A stretch of 64,000 nt of DNA from assembly GCF_044324785.1 (NCBI RefSeq), contig NZ_CP172127.1; one strand, written 5' to 3'. Each line of letters opens with the position of its first letter. Positions within the stretch are counted from its first letter, which is position 1. A program made the translations under genes and the position numbers. Source of the stretch: Escherichia coli (lineage in GTDB: Bacteria; Pseudomonadota; Gammaproteobacteria; Enterobacterales; Enterobacteriaceae). Under the pieces are notes generated by a model. It saw only the letters and a list, made by a program, of their open reading frames with translations. It searched no databases and was not told where the DNA came from. This document shows positions 10,909 to 24,983 of the stretch, one piece after another.

Positions 10909-12234
10909 ATGAGTGAGATATCCCGGCAAGAGTTTCAGCGTCGCCGTCAGGCCCTGGTGGAGCAAATGCAACCCGGCAGCGCCGCGCTGATTTTTGCAGC
11001 ACCAGAAGTAACACGTAGCGCCGACAGCGAATACCCCTATCGTCAGAACAGTGACTTCTGGTACTTCACAGGCTTTAACGAACCGGAAGCGGTGCTGGTG
11101 CTGATTAAAAGCGACGACACTCATAACCACAGCGTTTTGTTTAACCGCGTTCGCGACCTGACGGCAGAGATCTGGTTTGGTCGTCGCTTAGGCCAGGATG
11201 CCGCGCCAGAGAAACTGGGCGTTGACCGCGCACTGGCATTCAGCGAAATTAATCAGCAACTTTATCAACTGCTTAATGGTCTGGATGTGGTTTACCACGC
11301 CCAGGGCGAATATGCGTATGCTGATGAAATCGTGAACAGTGCGCTGGAAAAACTGCGTAAAGGCTCGCGACAGAATCTCACCGCCCCGGCAACGATGATC
11401 GACTGGCGTCCCATGGTACATGAAATGCGCCTGTACAAATCACCAGAAGAGATTGCCGTACTTCGCCGCGCGGGGGAAATCACCGCCCTGGCGCATACCC
11501 GGGCGATGGAAAAATGCCGTCCGGGAATGTTCGAGTACCACCTGGAAGGCGAAATTCACCACGAATTTAACCGCCACGGCGCGCGCTATCCTTCCTATAA
11601 CACCATTGTCGGCAGCGGTGAAAACGGCTGCATTCTGCACTACACCGAAAACGAGTGTGAACTGCGTGACGGTGACCTGGTGTTGATTGACGCGGGTTGT
11701 GAATACAAAGGTTACGCTGGCGATATTACCCGCACCTTCCCGGTCAACGGCAAATTCACTCAGGCCCAGCGTGAAATCTACGACATTGTGCTGGAGTCTC
11801 TCGAAACCAGCCTGCGCCTGTATCGCCCGGGAACTTCCATTCAGGAAGTCACCGGTGAAGTGGTGCGTATCATGGTTAGCGGCCTGGTAAAACTCGGCAT
11901 CCTGAAAGGTGATGTTGATGAACTGATCGCTCAGAACGCCCATCGTCCTTTCTTTATGCATGGCCTTAGCCACTGGTTAGGACTGGATGTCCATGACGTT
12001 GGCGTTTATGGCCAGGATCGCTCGCGCATTTTGGAACCGGGCATGGTACTGACCGTAGAGCCAGGTCTGTATATCGCGCCGGATGCAGATGTGCCAGAAC
12101 AATATCGCGGTATCGGCATTCGTATTGAAGACGACATTGTGATTACCGAAACCGGCAACGAAAACCTCACCGCTAGCGTGGTGAAAAAGCCGGAAGAAAT
12201 CGAAGCGTTGATGGCAGCTGCGAGAAAGCAATGA
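10909..12234 (+). CDS. pepP: Xaa-Pro aminopeptidase (aminopeptidase P II), 441 aa
   Basis: ORF 10696..12234 trimmed to ATG at 10909 with AAGGAG RBS; MSEISRQEFQRRRQALVEQ; metal-binding HGLSHWLGLDVHD. Confidence 0.9.
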   Translation: MSEISRQEFQRRRQALVEQMQPGSAALIFAAPEVTRSADSEYPYRQNSDFWYFTGFNEPEAVLVLIKSDDTHNHSVLFNRVRDLTAEIWFGRRLGQDAAPEKLGVDRALAFSEINQQLYQLLNGLDVVYHAQGEYAYADEIVNSALEKLRKGSRQNLTAPATMIDWRPMVHEMRLYKSPEEIAVLRRAGEITALAHTRAMEKCRPGMFEYHLEGEIHHEFNRHGARYPSYNTIVGSGENGCILHYTENECELRDGDLVLIDAGCEYKGYAGDITRTFPVNGKFTQAQREIYDIVLESLETSLRLYRPGTSIQEVTGEVVRIMVSGLVKLGILKGDVDELIAQNAHRPFFMHGLSHWLGLDVHDVGVYGQDRSRILEPGMVLTVEPGLYIAPDADVPEQYRGIGIRIEDDIVITETGNENLTASVVKKPEEIEALMAAARKQ

Positions 12235-13409
12235 GCGTAATCATCGTCGGTGGCGGCATGGCGGGCGCGACGCTGGCGCTGGCTATTTCCCGGTTAAGTC
12301 ACGGGGCGCTGCCGGTACATTTGATTGAAGCGACTGCGCCAGAGTCACATGCTCATCCGGGCTTTGATGGACGAGCTATTGCGTTGGCGGCGGGCACTTG
12401 TCAGCAACTGGCGCGCATCGGCGTCTGGCAATCTCTGGCTGATTGCGCAACCGCCATCACTACCGTGCATGTCAGCGATCGTGGTCATGCCGGATTCGTC
12501 ACCCTCGCCGCAGAAGATTACCAACTGGCGGCGCTGGGGCAGGTTGTCGAATTGCACAATGTCGGGCAACGGCTGTTTGCATTGCTGCGCAAAGCACCTG
12601 GCGTAACGCTGCATTGTCCTGATCGCGTGGCTAACGTTGCCCGTACTCAGAGTCACGTTGAAGTGACGCTGGAGAGTGGCGAGACGCTGACGGGCTGCTT
12701 GCTGGTAGCCGCTGATGGCACCCATTCAGCGTTAGCCACTGTGTGCGGCGTTGACTGGCAGCAGGAGCCTTACGAACAACTGGCTGTGATTGCCAACGTT
12801 GCGACTTCCGTTGCGCACGAAGGGCGCGCTTTTGAACGCTTTACGCAACATGGCCCGCTGGCGATGTTGCCGATGTCTGACGGACGCTGTTCGCTGGTCT
12901 GGTGTCATCCACTGGAACGGCGCGAAGAGGTACTGTCTTGGAGCGACGAGAAGTTTTGCCGTGAACTCCAGTCGGCCTTTGGTTGGCGACTTGGGAAAAT
13001 TACCCACGCTGGTAAACGCAGTGCTTATCCGCTGGCGTTAACCCGCGCCGCCAGACCTATTACCCATCGTACCGTGCTGGTGGGCAATGCGGCGCAAACT
13101 CTGCACCCGATTGCCGGGCAAGGGTTCAACCTCGGTATGCGAGATGTCATGAGCCTTGCGGAAACCCTGACTCAGGCGCAGGAGCGCGGAGAAGACATGG
13201 GTGATTACGGCGTATTGTGCCGTTATCAGCAGCGTCGACAGAGCGATCGCGAAGCAACCATCGGTGTCACGGACAACCTTGTACATCTTTTTGCCAACCG
13301 TTGGACGCCGCTGGTTGTCGGGCGCAACATCGGGCTGATGGCAATGGAATTATTTACCCCGGCACGCGATGTGTTGGCGCAGCGCACCCTCGGTTGGGTC
13401 GCGCGTTGA
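12231..13409 (+). CDS. ubiH: 2-octaprenyl-6-methoxyphenol hydroxylase (FAD monooxygenase), 392 aa
   Basis: ATGA overlap with pepP stop; FAD fingerprint VIIVGGGMAGATLA. Confidence 0.9.
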   Translation: MSVIIVGGGMAGATLALAISRLSHGALPVHLIEATAPESHAHPGFDGRAIALAAGTCQQLARIGVWQSLADCATAITTVHVSDRGHAGFVTLAAEDYQLAALGQVVELHNVGQRLFALLRKAPGVTLHCPDRVANVARTQSHVEVTLESGETLTGCLLVAADGTHSALATVCGVDWQQEPYEQLAVIANVATSVAHEGRAFERFTQHGPLAMLPMSDGRCSLVWCHPLERREEVLSWSDEKFCRELQSAFGWRLGKITHAGKRSAYPLALTRAARPITHRTVLVGNAAQTLHPIAGQGFNLGMRDVMSLAETLTQAQERGEDMGDYGVLCRYQQRRQSDREATIGVTDNLVHLFANRWTPLVVGRNIGLMAMELFTPARDVLAQRTLGWVAR

Positions 13410-13431
13410 AGGCGGTTTTAAGGAATAAACA

Positions 13432-14634
13432 ATGCAAAGTGTTGATGTAGCCATTGTTGGCGGCGGCATGGTGGGGCTGGCGGTTGCCTGCGGCTTGCAG
13501 GGTAGTGGCTTACGCGTTGCCGTACTGGAGCAGCGCGTACCGGAACCTCTGGCGGCGGATGCACCACCACAACTGCGCGTTTCGGCTATCAATGCCGCCA
13601 GCGAAAAATTACTCACCCGTCTTGGCGTCTGGCAGGACATTCTCTCTCGTAGGGCCAGCTGTTATCACGGTATGGAAGTGTGGGACAAAGACAGCTTTGG
13701 TCACATTTCGTTTGACGATCAAAGCATGGGCTATAGCCATCTTGGGCATATCGTTGAAAATTCAGTGATTCACTACGCGCTGTGGAACAAAGCGCAGCAG
13801 TCGTCAGATATCACTCTGTTAGCCCCCGCAGAATTACAGCAGGTCGCCTGGGGAGAAAATGAAACCTTCCTGACGCTGAAAGATGGCAGCATGTTAACGG
13901 CGCGTCTGGTGATTGGCGCGGACGGCGCTAATTCCTGGTTGCGCAACAAAGCCGATATTCCGCTGACTTTCTGGGATTATCAGCATCACGCGCTGGTAGC
14001 GACCATTCGCACGGAAGAACCGCATGATGCGGTGGCGCGGCAGGTTTTCCATGGCGAAGGCATTCTGGCCTTTTTACCGCTTAGCGATCCGCATCTTTGC
14101 TCGATTGTCTGGTCACTGTCGCCAGAGGAAGCGCAGCGGATGCAGCAGGCAAGTGAAGACGAATTTAATCGCGCGTTAAATATCGCTTTTGATAATCGCC
14201 TGGGCTTATGCAAGGTTGAGAGCGAGCGTCAGGTGTTCCCGCTGACGGGGCGTTATGCCCGCCAGTTTGCCGCACACCGTCTGGCGTTGGTGGGCGACGC
14301 CGCGCATACTATTCACCCGCTCGCGGGGCAGGGCGTTAATCTCGGCTTTATGGATGCCGCAGAGCTGATTGCCGAACTGAAACGGTTGCATCGTCAGGGT
14401 AAAGACATCGGGCAGTACATTTACCTGCGTCGCTATGAGCGTAGCCGTAAGCACAGTGCGGCGCTGATGCTGGCTGGTATGCAGGGATTTCGCGATCTGT
14501 TTTCCGGTACCAATCCGGCGAAAAAACTGCTGCGTGATATTGGTCTGAAACTGGCCGACACGCTTCCTGGCGTTAAACCACAACTTATCCGCCAGGCAAT
14601 GGGATTAAACGATTTGCCTGAATGGCTGCGTTAA
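13432..14634 (+). CDS. ubiI: 2-octaprenylphenol hydroxylase (FAD monooxygenase), 400 aa
   Basis: FAD fingerprint VAIVGGGMVGLAVA; paralog of and adjacent to ubiH. Confidence 0.9.
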   Translation: MQSVDVAIVGGGMVGLAVACGLQGSGLRVAVLEQRVPEPLAADAPPQLRVSAINAASEKLLTRLGVWQDILSRRASCYHGMEVWDKDSFGHISFDDQSMGYSHLGHIVENSVIHYALWNKAQQSSDITLLAPAELQQVAWGENETFLTLKDGSMLTARLVIGADGANSWLRNKADIPLTFWDYQHHALVATIRTEEPHDAVARQVFHGEGILAFLPLSDPHLCSIVWSLSPEEAQRMQQASEDEFNRALNIAFDNRLGLCKVESERQVFPLTGRYARQFAAHRLALVGDAAHTIHPLAGQGVNLGFMDAAELIAELKRLHRQGKDIGQYIYLRRYERSRKHSAALMLAGMQGFRDLFSGTNPAKKLLRDIGLKLADTLPGVKPQLIRQAMGLNDLPEWLR

Positions 14635-14678
14635 AAATTTCTCCTCTGTTGTTTATTTGATACCCATCACACTTTCAT

Positions 14679-14706
14679 CTCCCGGTTTTTTCGCCGGGAG
14701 ATTTTC
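14679..14706 (+). terminator. rho-independent terminator after ubiI
   Basis: CTCCCGG...CCGGGAG stem followed by ATTTTCC. Confidence 0.55.
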
Positions 14707-14719
14707 CTCATTTGAAATA

Positions 14720-15081
14720 AACTAATTTCACCTCCGTTTTCGCATTATATTTTCTAATGTCACGAATTTTTGATTTAGTGTTTTTTGACATTTTTTCAGT
14801 TCTTAATATTGCTTTATTCAAATTAAGTTTCTCATCACATCATCTTTGTATAGAAACTGGAATGTTTTTTGGTTTTTTATTCTGTTGCTATTCTGGCGTT
14901 TTTTAACCATAAGCTAATGTGATGATCAATTTTACCTTATGGTTAACAGTCTGTTTCGGTGGTAAGTTCAGGCAAAAGAGAACGATTGCGTTGGGGACCG
15001 GGAGTGGCTCCGATGCTGGGTTTCGTGGTGATAATTTCGCCATGGAAAAGTTGTCAGCCCCGCTTATTCAATGAGGACAAG
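14720..15081 (+). promoter_or_regulatory. gcvTHP control region (AT-rich, CTAAT-containing)
   Basis: ~360-bp AT-rich leader upstream of gcvT with CTAAT motifs at 14722-14726 and 14754-14758; exact promoter not mapped. Confidence 0.45.
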
Positions 15082-16176
15082 ATGGCACAACAGACTCCTT
15101 TGTACGAACAACACACGCTTTGCGGCGCTCGCATGGTGGATTTCCACGGCTGGATGATGCCGCTGCATTACGGTTCGCAAATCGACGAACATCATGCGGT
15201 ACGTACCGATGCCGGAATGTTTGATGTGTCACATATGACCATCGTCGATCTTCGCGGCAGCCGCACCCGGGAGTTTTTGCGTTATCTGCTGGCGAACGAT
15301 GTGGCGAAGCTCACCAAAAGCGGCAAAGCCCTTTACTCGGGGATGTTGAATGCCTCTGGCGGTGTGATAGATGATCTCATCGTCTACTATTTTACTGAAG
15401 ATTTCTTCCGCCTCGTTGTTAACTCCGCCACCCGCGAAAAAGACCTCTCCTGGATCACCCAACACGCTGAACCTTTCGGCATCGAAATTACCGTTCGTGA
15501 TGACCTTTCCATGATTGCCGTGCAAGGGCCGAATGCGCAGGCAAAAGCTGCCACACTGTTTAATGACGCTCAGCGTCAGGCGGTGGAAGGGATGAAACCG
15601 TTCTTTGGCGTGCAGGCGGGCGATCTGTTTATTGCCACCACTGGTTATACCGGTGAAGCGGGCTATGAAATTGCGCTGCCCAATGAAAAAGCGGCCGATT
15701 TCTGGCGTGCGCTGGTGGAAGCGGGCGTTAAGCCATGCGGCCTGGGCGCGCGTGACACGCTGCGTCTGGAAGCGGGTATGAATCTTTATGGTCAGGAGAT
15801 GGACGAAACCATCTCTCCGTTAGCCGCCAACATGGGCTGGACTATCGCTTGGGAACCGGCAGATCGTGACTTTATCGGTCGTGAAGCCCTGGAAGTGCAG
15901 CGTGAGCATGGCACAGAAAAACTGGTTGGTCTGGTGATGACCGAAAAAGGCGTGCTGCGTAATGAACTGCCGGTACGCTTTACCGATGCGCAGGGCAACC
16001 AGCATGAAGGCATTATCACCAGCGGTACTTTCTCTCCGACGCTGGGTTACAGCATTGCGCTGGCGCGCGTGCCGGAAGGTATTGGTGAAACAGCGATTGT
16101 GCAAATTCGCAACCGTGAAATGCCGGTTAAAGTGACGAAACCTGTTTTTGTGCGTAACGGTAAAGCCGTCGCGTGA
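15082..16176 (+). CDS. gcvT: glycine cleavage system T protein (aminomethyltransferase), 364 aa
   Basis: ORF 14959..16176 trimmed to ATG at 15082 with [32 protein letters not shown]. Confidence 0.9.
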
Positions 16177-16199
16177 TTTACTTTTTTGGAGATTGATTG

Positions 16200-16589
16200 A
16201 TGAGCAACGTACCAGCAGAACTGAAATACAGCAAAGAACACGAATGGCTGCGTAAAGAAGCCGACGGCACTTACACCGTTGGTATCACCGAACATGCCCA
16301 GGAGCTGTTAGGCGATATGGTGTTTGTTGACCTGCCGGAAGTGGGCGCAACGGTTAGCGCGGGCGATGACTGCGCGGTTGCCGAATCAGTAAAAGCGGCG
16401 TCAGACATTTATGCGCCAGTAAGCGGTGAAATCGTGGCGGTAAACGACGCACTGAGCGATTCCCCGGAACTGGTGAACAGCGAACCGTATGCAGGCGGCT
16501 GGATCTTTAAAATCAAAGCCAGCGATGAAAGCGAACTGGAATCACTGCTGGATGCGACCGCATACGAAGCATTGTTAGAAGACGAGTAA
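16200..16589 (+). CDS. gcvH: glycine cleavage system H protein (lipoyl carrier), 129 aa
   Basis: [20 protein letters not shown]; lipoyl-lysine context [12 protein letters not shown]. Confidence 0.9.
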
Positions 16590-16707
16590 CGGCTTTATTC
16601 CTCTTCTGCGGGAGAGGATCAGGGTGAGGAACTTTTACGCCTCACCCTCACTCTCTTCGCAAGGAGAGAGGTTCACAATTCACTGCACGTTTCAGGAACC
16701 ATCGCTC

Positions 16708-19581
16708 ATGACACAGACGTTAAGCCAGCTTGAAAACAGCGGCGCTTTTATTGAACGCCATATCGGACCGGACGCCGCGCAACAGCAAGAAATGCTGAAT
16801 GCCGTTGGCGCACAATCGTTAAACGCGCTGACCGGCCAGATTGTGCCGAAAGATATTCAGCTTGCGACCCCGCCGCAGGTTGGCGCACCGGCGACCGAAT
16901 ACGCCGCGCTGGCGGAACTCAAGGCTATTGCCAGTCGCAATAAACGCTTCACGTCTTACATCGGCATGGGTTACACCGCCGTGCAGCTACCGCCGGTTAT
17001 TCTGCGTAACATGCTGGAAAATCCGGGCTGGTATACCGCGTATACTCCGTATCAACCTGAAGTCTCCCAGGGCCGCCTTGAAGCACTGCTCAACTTCCAG
17101 CAGGTAACGCTGGATTTGACCGGGCTGGATATGGCCTCTGCTTCTCTTCTGGACGAGGCCACTGCTGCCGCCGAAGCAATGGCGATGGCGAAACGCGTCA
17201 GCAAACTGAAAAATGCCAACCGCTTCTTCGTTGCTACTGACGTCCATCCGCAAACGTTGGATGTGGTACGTACTCGTGCCGAAACCTTTGGTTTTGAAGT
17301 GATTGTCGATGACGCGCAAAAAGTGCTCGACCATCAGGACGTCTTCGGCGTGCTGTTACAGCAGGTTGGCACAACCGGTGAAATCCACGACTACACTGCG
17401 CTCATCAGCGAACTGAAATCACGCAAAATTGTGGTCAGTGTCGCCGCCGATATTATGGCGCTGGTGCTGTTAACTGCGCCGGGTAAACAGGGCGCGGATA
17501 TTGTTTTTGGTTCGGCGCAACGCTTTGGCGTACCGATGGGTTACGGTGGCCCACACGCGGCATTCTTTGCGGCGAAAGACGAATACAAACGCTCAATGCC
17601 GGGCCGTATTATCGGTGTATCGAAAGATGCAGCTGGCAACACCGCTCTGCGCATGGCGATGCAGACTCGCGAGCAACATATTCGTCGTGAGAAAGCGAAC
17701 TCCAACATTTGTACTTCCCAGGTGCTGCTGGCAAACATCGCCAGCCTGTATGCCGTTTATCACGGCCCGGTTGGCCTGAAACGTATCGCTAACCGCATTC
17801 ACCGTCTGACCGATATCCTGGCGGCGGGCCTGCAACAAAAAGGTCTGAAACTGCGTCATGCGCACTATTTCGACACCTTGTGTGTGGAAGTGGCCGACAA
17901 AGCGGGCGTACTGACGCGTGCCGAAGCGGCTGAAATCAACCTGCGTAGCGATATCCTGAACGCGGTTGGGATCACCCTTGATGAAACCACCACGCGCGAA
18001 AACGTGATGCAGCTTTTCAGCGTGCTGCTGGGCGATAACCACGGGCTGGAGATCGACACGCTGGACAAAGACGTGGCTCACGACAGCCGCTCTATTCAGC
18101 CTGCGATGCTGCGCGACGACGAAATCCTCACCCATCCGGTGTTTAATCGCTACCACAGCGAAACCGAAATGATGCGCTATATGCACTCGCTGGAGCGTAA
18201 AGATCTGGCGCTGAATCAGGCGATGATCCCGCTGGGTTCCTGCACCATGAAACTGAACGCCGCCGCCGAGATGATCCCAATCACCTGGCCGGAATTTGCC
18301 GAACTGCACCCGTTCTGCCCGCCGGAACAGGCAGAAGGTTATCAGCAGATGATTGCGCAGTTGGCTGACTGGCTGGTGAAACTGACCGGTTACGACGCCG
18401 TTTGTATGCAGCCGAACTCTGGCGCACAGGGCGAATACGCGGGCCTGCTGGCGATTCGTCATTATCATGAAAGCCGCAACGAAGGGCATCGCGATATCTG
18501 CCTGATCCCTGCCTCTGCGCACGGCACTAACCCGGCTTCCGCGCATATGGCAGGCATGCAGGTGGTGGTTGTGGCGTGTGATAAAAACGGCAACATCGAT
18601 CTGACTGATCTGCGCGCGAAAGCAGAACAAGCGGGCGATAACCTCTCCTGTATCATGGTGACCTATCCTTCCACCCACGGCGTGTATGAAGAAACGATCC
18701 GTGAAGTGTGTGAAGTCGTGCATCAGTTCGGCGGTCAGGTTTACCTTGATGGCGCGAACATGAACGCCCAGGTCGGCATCACCTCACCGGGCTTTATTGG
18801 CGCGGACGTCTCGCACCTTAACCTGCATAAAACTTTCTGCATTCCGCACGGTGGCGGCGGCCCTGGTATGGGACCGATCGGCGTGAAAGCGCATCTGGCA
18901 CCGTTTGTGCCAGGTCATAGCGTGGTACAAATTGAAGGCATGTTAACCCGTCAGGGCGCGGTTTCTGCGGCACCGTTCGGTAGCGCCTCTATCCTGCCAA
19001 TCAGCTGGATGTACATCCGCATGATGGGCGCAGAAGGGCTGAAAAAAGCAAGCCAGGTGGCAATTCTTAACGCCAACTATATTGCCAGCCGCCTGCAGGA
19101 TGCCTTCCCGGTGCTGTATACCGGTCGTGACGGTCGCGTGGCGCACGAATGTATTCTCGATATTCGTCCGCTGAAAGAAGAAACCGGCATCAGCGAACTG
19201 GATATTGCCAAGCGTCTGATCGACTACGGTTTCCACGCGCCGACCATGTCATTCCCGGTGGCGGGTACGCTGATGGTTGAACCGACCGAATCCGAAAGCA
19301 AAGTGGAACTGGATCGCTTTATCGACGCGATGCTGGCTATCCGCGCAGAAATTGACCAGGTGAAAGCCGGTGTCTGGCCGCTGGAAGATAACCCGCTGGT
19401 GAACGCGCCGCACATTCAGAGCGAACTGGTCGCCGAGTGGGCGCATCCGTACAGCCGTGAAGTTGCGGTATTCCCGGCAGGCGTGGCAGACAAATACTGG
19501 CCGACAGTGAAACGTCTGGATGATGTTTACGGCGACCGTAACCTGTTCTGCTCCTGCGTACCGATTAGCGAATACCAGTAA
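16708..19581 (+). CDS. gcvP: glycine dehydrogenase (decarboxylating) P protein, 957 aa
   Basis: ORF 16624..19581 trimmed to ATG at 16708 ([21 protein letters not shown]); PLP-enzyme length and composition. Confidence 0.9.
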   Translation: MTQTLSQLENSGAFIERHIGPDAAQQQEMLNAVGAQSLNALTGQIVPKDIQLATPPQVGAPATEYAALAELKAIASRNKRFTSYIGMGYTAVQLPPVILRNMLENPGWYTAYTPYQPEVSQGRLEALLNFQQVTLDLTGLDMASASLLDEATAAAEAMAMAKRVSKLKNANRFFVATDVHPQTLDVVRTRAETFGFEVIVDDAQKVLDHQDVFGVLLQQVGTTGEIHDYTALISELKSRKIVVSVAADIMALVLLTAPGKQGADIVFGSAQRFGVPMGYGGPHAAFFAAKDEYKRSMPGRIIGVSKDAAGNTALRMAMQTREQHIRREKANSNICTSQVLLANIASLYAVYHGPVGLKRIANRIHRLTDILAAGLQQKGLKLRHAHYFDTLCVEVADKAGVLTRAEAAEINLRSDILNAVGITLDETTTRENVMQLFSVLLGDNHGLEIDTLDKDVAHDSRSIQPAMLRDDEILTHPVFNRYHSETEMMRYMHSLERKDLALNQAMIPLGSCTMKLNAAAEMIPITWPEFAELHPFCPPEQAEGYQQMIAQLADWLVKLTGYDAVCMQPNSGAQGEYAGLLAIRHYHESRNEGHRDICLIPASAHGTNPASAHMAGMQVVVVACDKNGNIDLTDLRAKAEQAGDNLSCIMVTYPSTHGVYEETIREVCEVVHQFGGQVYLDGANMNAQVGITSPGFIGADVSHLNLHKTFCIPHGGGGPGMGPIGVKAHLAPFVPGHSVVQIEGMLTRQGAVSAAPFGSASILPISWMYIRMMGAEGLKKASQVAILNANYIASRLQDAFPVLYTGRDGRVAHECILDIRPLKEETGISELDIAKRLIDYGFHAPTMSFPVAGTLMVEPTESESKVELDRFIDAMLAIRAEIDQVKAGVWPLEDNPLVNAPHIQSELVAEWAHPYSREVAVFPAGVADKYWPTVKRLDDVYGDRNLFCSCVPISEYQ

Positions 19582-19603
19582 TTCACTGATTCGACTATTT
19601 TCT

Positions 19604-19626
19604 AAAGGCGCTTCGGCGCCTTTTTA
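19604..19626 (+). terminator. rho-independent terminator of gcvTHP
   Basis: AAAGGCGC-TTCG-GCGCCTTT hairpin with UUCG tetraloop followed by TTTTT. Confidence 0.8.
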
Positions 19627-19659
19627 GCTTGTTAATAAAGTGCGCTTTGTGTGTCGGAT

Positions 19660-19735
19660 GAAGCGTAAATATAAACTCCTGGAGTTCAATATATGACAGG
19701 AGCGCCAGGCCTGATGAGCGGGGCGCATCAGGCAC
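19660..19735. repeat. REP/BIME-like palindromic element between gcvP and bglA
   Basis: CGGATGAAGCGTAAA resembles REP consensus; perfect 8-bp inverted repeat GCCTGATG...CATCAGGC at 19709-19733. Confidence 0.45.
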
Positions 19736-19744
19736 ATCGGGTAA

Positions 19745-21205
<1,461 letters not shown>

Positions 21206-21222
21206 TTACAGGAAATAGTACC

Positions 21223-21534
21223 ATGCAGCCAAACGACATCACTTTTTTTCAACGTTTCCAGGATGACATTCTGGCTGGGCGTAAAACCATCACCATCCGC
21301 GACGAGTCTGAATCGCACTTCAAAACGGGTGATGTGCTTCGTGTCGGACGTTTTGAAGATGACGGTTATTTTTGCACGATTGAAGTCACCGCAACCTCAA
21401 CCGTAACGCTGGATACGCTGACGGAAAAACATGCAGAGCAGGAGAATATGACCCTGCCTGAACTGAAAAAGGTTATTGCTGACATCTATCCCGGCCAGAC
21501 ACAGTTTTATGTGATTGAATTTAAATGCCTTTAA
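21223..21534 (+). CDS. yqfB: ASCH-domain protein YqfB, 103 aa
   Basis: Full [31 protein letters not shown]; divergent from bglA with only 38 bp between start codons. Confidence 0.85.
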   Translation: MQPNDITFFQRFQDDILAGRKTITIRDESESHFKTGDVLRVGRFEDDGYFCTIEVTATSTVTLDTLTEKHAEQENMTLPELKKVIADIYPGQTQFYVIEFKCL

Positions 21535-21694
21535 ATTGAACTCACGCCTGTTAGTTGAAATTTCGCATTTAATTTCATGATTTTTCGGAGATTAGTCTCA
21601 AATCAGAATTTATTTTAGCTAACAGGTGTTCACTGGAACTATTCTCAGTTACGCTGGAGAGGTATACATGTGCGTGTACGTTTCTCCGGAGTAA

Positions 21695-22357
<663 letters not shown>

Positions 22358-22393
22358 TGGGGGTACCTTTGTAGGCCTGAAAAGACACACCCG

Positions 22394-22428
22394 TGTCGCA
22401 TCAGGCGATAAATGCCTGATGCGACACA
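22394..22428. repeat. REP-like palindrome / bidirectional terminator between convergent yqfA and ygfZ
   Basis: GTGTCGCATCAGGC - gataaat - GCCTGATGCGACAC perfect 14-bp arms. Confidence 0.55.
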
Positions 22429-22433
22429 GAGAT

Positions 22434-23414
22434 TTACTCTTCGAGCGAATACGGCAGCGGCTCGATATGCAATGTATTCGCATCGTCACGCACGCGGAAG
22501 ATGCTGTCCGGTTCCATATCGTTATTCATGACGACCTGTACCACGACCTGACCATCTTCCAGTTTTACCGCAGCCAGCACGGTTCCGGTACGACGCCAGT
22601 TCTCGCCCATTTTCAGCTCTAAATCTTCACCAGCTTCCGGCAGTCGGCTGGCACTACCTGTCAGCAACCAGAGCGCGCGTTTGTTGGCACCACGGAATTT
22701 TGCTCGCGCCACCATCTCTTGTCCGGTATAGCAGCCTTTTTTAAAGCTGATGCCGCCCAGCGCCTGGAGGTTGGTCGCCTGTGGGATAAACTGCCCGCTG
22801 TTGGCGGCATCAATCACCGGGAAACCCGCTTCAATGTTTAATGCCAGCCACTGTTGGCTATTGTTCAGTTCCGCTTCACCGCGCAGTTTATCGGTCAGCA
22901 TATTGGCAGTAGCTTCATCGGTTACGATCAGGAAACGTTCTGCCGGGTGTTCGAACCATAGCAAAGTGGTCGCGCCTTCTTTAACTACCTGTTTTTCTTT
23001 CGAAGGCAGTTCACTAAAGATATTTGCCAGCGCGGCGCGCGCCTGAAAACCGGCAACACCAAGCAGCACACGCTCGTCGTCTGGCGCGATTGTCACTTTA
23101 GAGAACACCGCATATTTTTTCAGTTCAGTCAGCTGCGGTTCACGCACGCTGCGCCGTTCAATCCATGCAAAGCCATCGCCGTCGCGGAACAGACGTAAGT
23201 TGCTCCACATTTTGCCTTTGGCGTCGCAATGGGCGGCGAGCAGGTGCTGATCTTCTGTCATCTGGCTGACATCTGCTGTCACTTGACCCTGCATATATTT
23301 TTCGCTGTCCGCGCCAGTAATGTTGGCAAGCGCCCAGTCATCAAGCGTCATCAGCGTCAGTGGCAAACGGGCAGAAGCCGTAGGCTGACGGGGAGGAAAA
23401 GGTGTAAAAGCCAT
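22434..23414 (-). CDS. ygfZ: tRNA-modifying / Fe-S cluster repair folate-binding protein YgfZ, 326 aa
   Basis: Full [48 protein letters not shown]. Confidence 0.9.
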   Translation of the reverse strand: MAFTPFPPRQPTASARLPLTLMTLDDWALANITGADSEKYMQGQVTADVSQMTEDQHLLAAHCDAKGKMWSNLRLFRDGDGFAWIERRSVREPQLTELKKYAVFSKVTIAPDDERVLLGVAGFQARAALANIFSELPSKEKQVVKEGATTLLWFEHPAERFLIVTDEATANMLTDKLRGEAELNNSQQWLALNIEAGFPVIDAANSGQFIPQATNLQALGGISFKKGCYTGQEMVARAKFRGANKRALWLLTGSASRLPEAGEDLELKMGENWRRTGTVLAAVKLEDGQVVVQVVMNNDMEPDSIFRVRDDANTLHIEPLPYSLEE

Positions 23415-23644
23415 AATAGAGTCCTGAGTTGCTTAACGGCGTATTAATGACTAATGGTAAAAGAGCTATGAGGCAATGCAAGTGCTTTCACTACGCGATC
23501 TGTGCCTTCTGCGAGGCGACTTCCAAAAAAATGAAGCCCTTGAATTGTTGTGAATTAATTTCGCGATCGCGATTGTGTTTACTGATATTCCCGCAAAAGA
23601 AGTCGAAAAACACGTTACAATAGCGGGGTACTGGATTTTCGTGA

Positions 23645-24311
<667 letters not shown>

Positions 24312-24350
24312 AGATGACGGCAAAGCATATGCGCTAAGCCGTCAGTGACA

Positions 24351-24872
24351 TCAGGCGTAATGCTCTGCCATTTCGTTGAGGATTTGCTCGCACCAGTTCT
24401 GAATACGCTCGTCGCTAAGGTCATACTGATTGGTTTCGTCCAGCGCCAGGCCCACGAACAGTTGCCCGTCAGCTATCACCGGTTTCGGGCTGGTAAACTC
24501 ATATCCTTCCGTTGGCCAGTAGCCGACGAACTTCACGCCTTTGGTCGAGAGCTTTTCATGCAGCATACCGAGCGCATCGAGGAACCACTCGCCGTATCCC
24601 AGTTGATCGCCAAGCCCATACAGCGCAACAATTTTACCTTCAAGGTTCAGGTCGTCGAGCTGATCCCAGACGGCTTCCCAGTCTTCCTGGATTTCACCAA
24701 AATCCCAGGTCGGGATACCCAGAATGAGCACATCGTACTGCTCCATTAATTTCGGGGAGTCGTCCTTGAGGTTATGTAAGGTCACCAGTTCTGGGCCGAT
24801 AATATCGCGGATTTTTTCTGCCGCCATTTCGGTGTAACAGGTGCTGGAACCGTAAAAAAGACCCATATTCAT
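24351..24872 (-). CDS. fldB: flavodoxin 2, 173 aa
   Basis: Full [27 protein letters not shown]; flavodoxin FMN-binding N-terminus. Confidence 0.9.
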   Translation of the reverse strand: MNMGLFYGSSTCYTEMAAEKIRDIIGPELVTLHNLKDDSPKLMEQYDVLILGIPTWDFGEIQEDWEAVWDQLDDLNLEGKIVALYGLGDQLGYGEWFLDALGMLHEKLSTKGVKFVGYWPTEGYEFTSPKPVIADGQLFVGLALDETNQYDLSDERIQNWCEQILNEMAEHYA

Positions 24873-24983
24873 AACGTAAGCTTCTCGATTCTGCTGTGGC
24901 TTTTGTGGCTAGTGTATCAGAATCGCTTTAGTCACGGCACAATAAGGCATAATGGATCAAATGAGTGACCATAAGGGGCGCAA

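Noticed and set aside
17593-18723. 376-aa ORF antisense to gcvP
   Set aside because: Lies wholly inside and opposite a well-supported conserved gene; no RBS; low-complexity His/Arg-rich translation typical of antisense frames in GC-rich coding DNA
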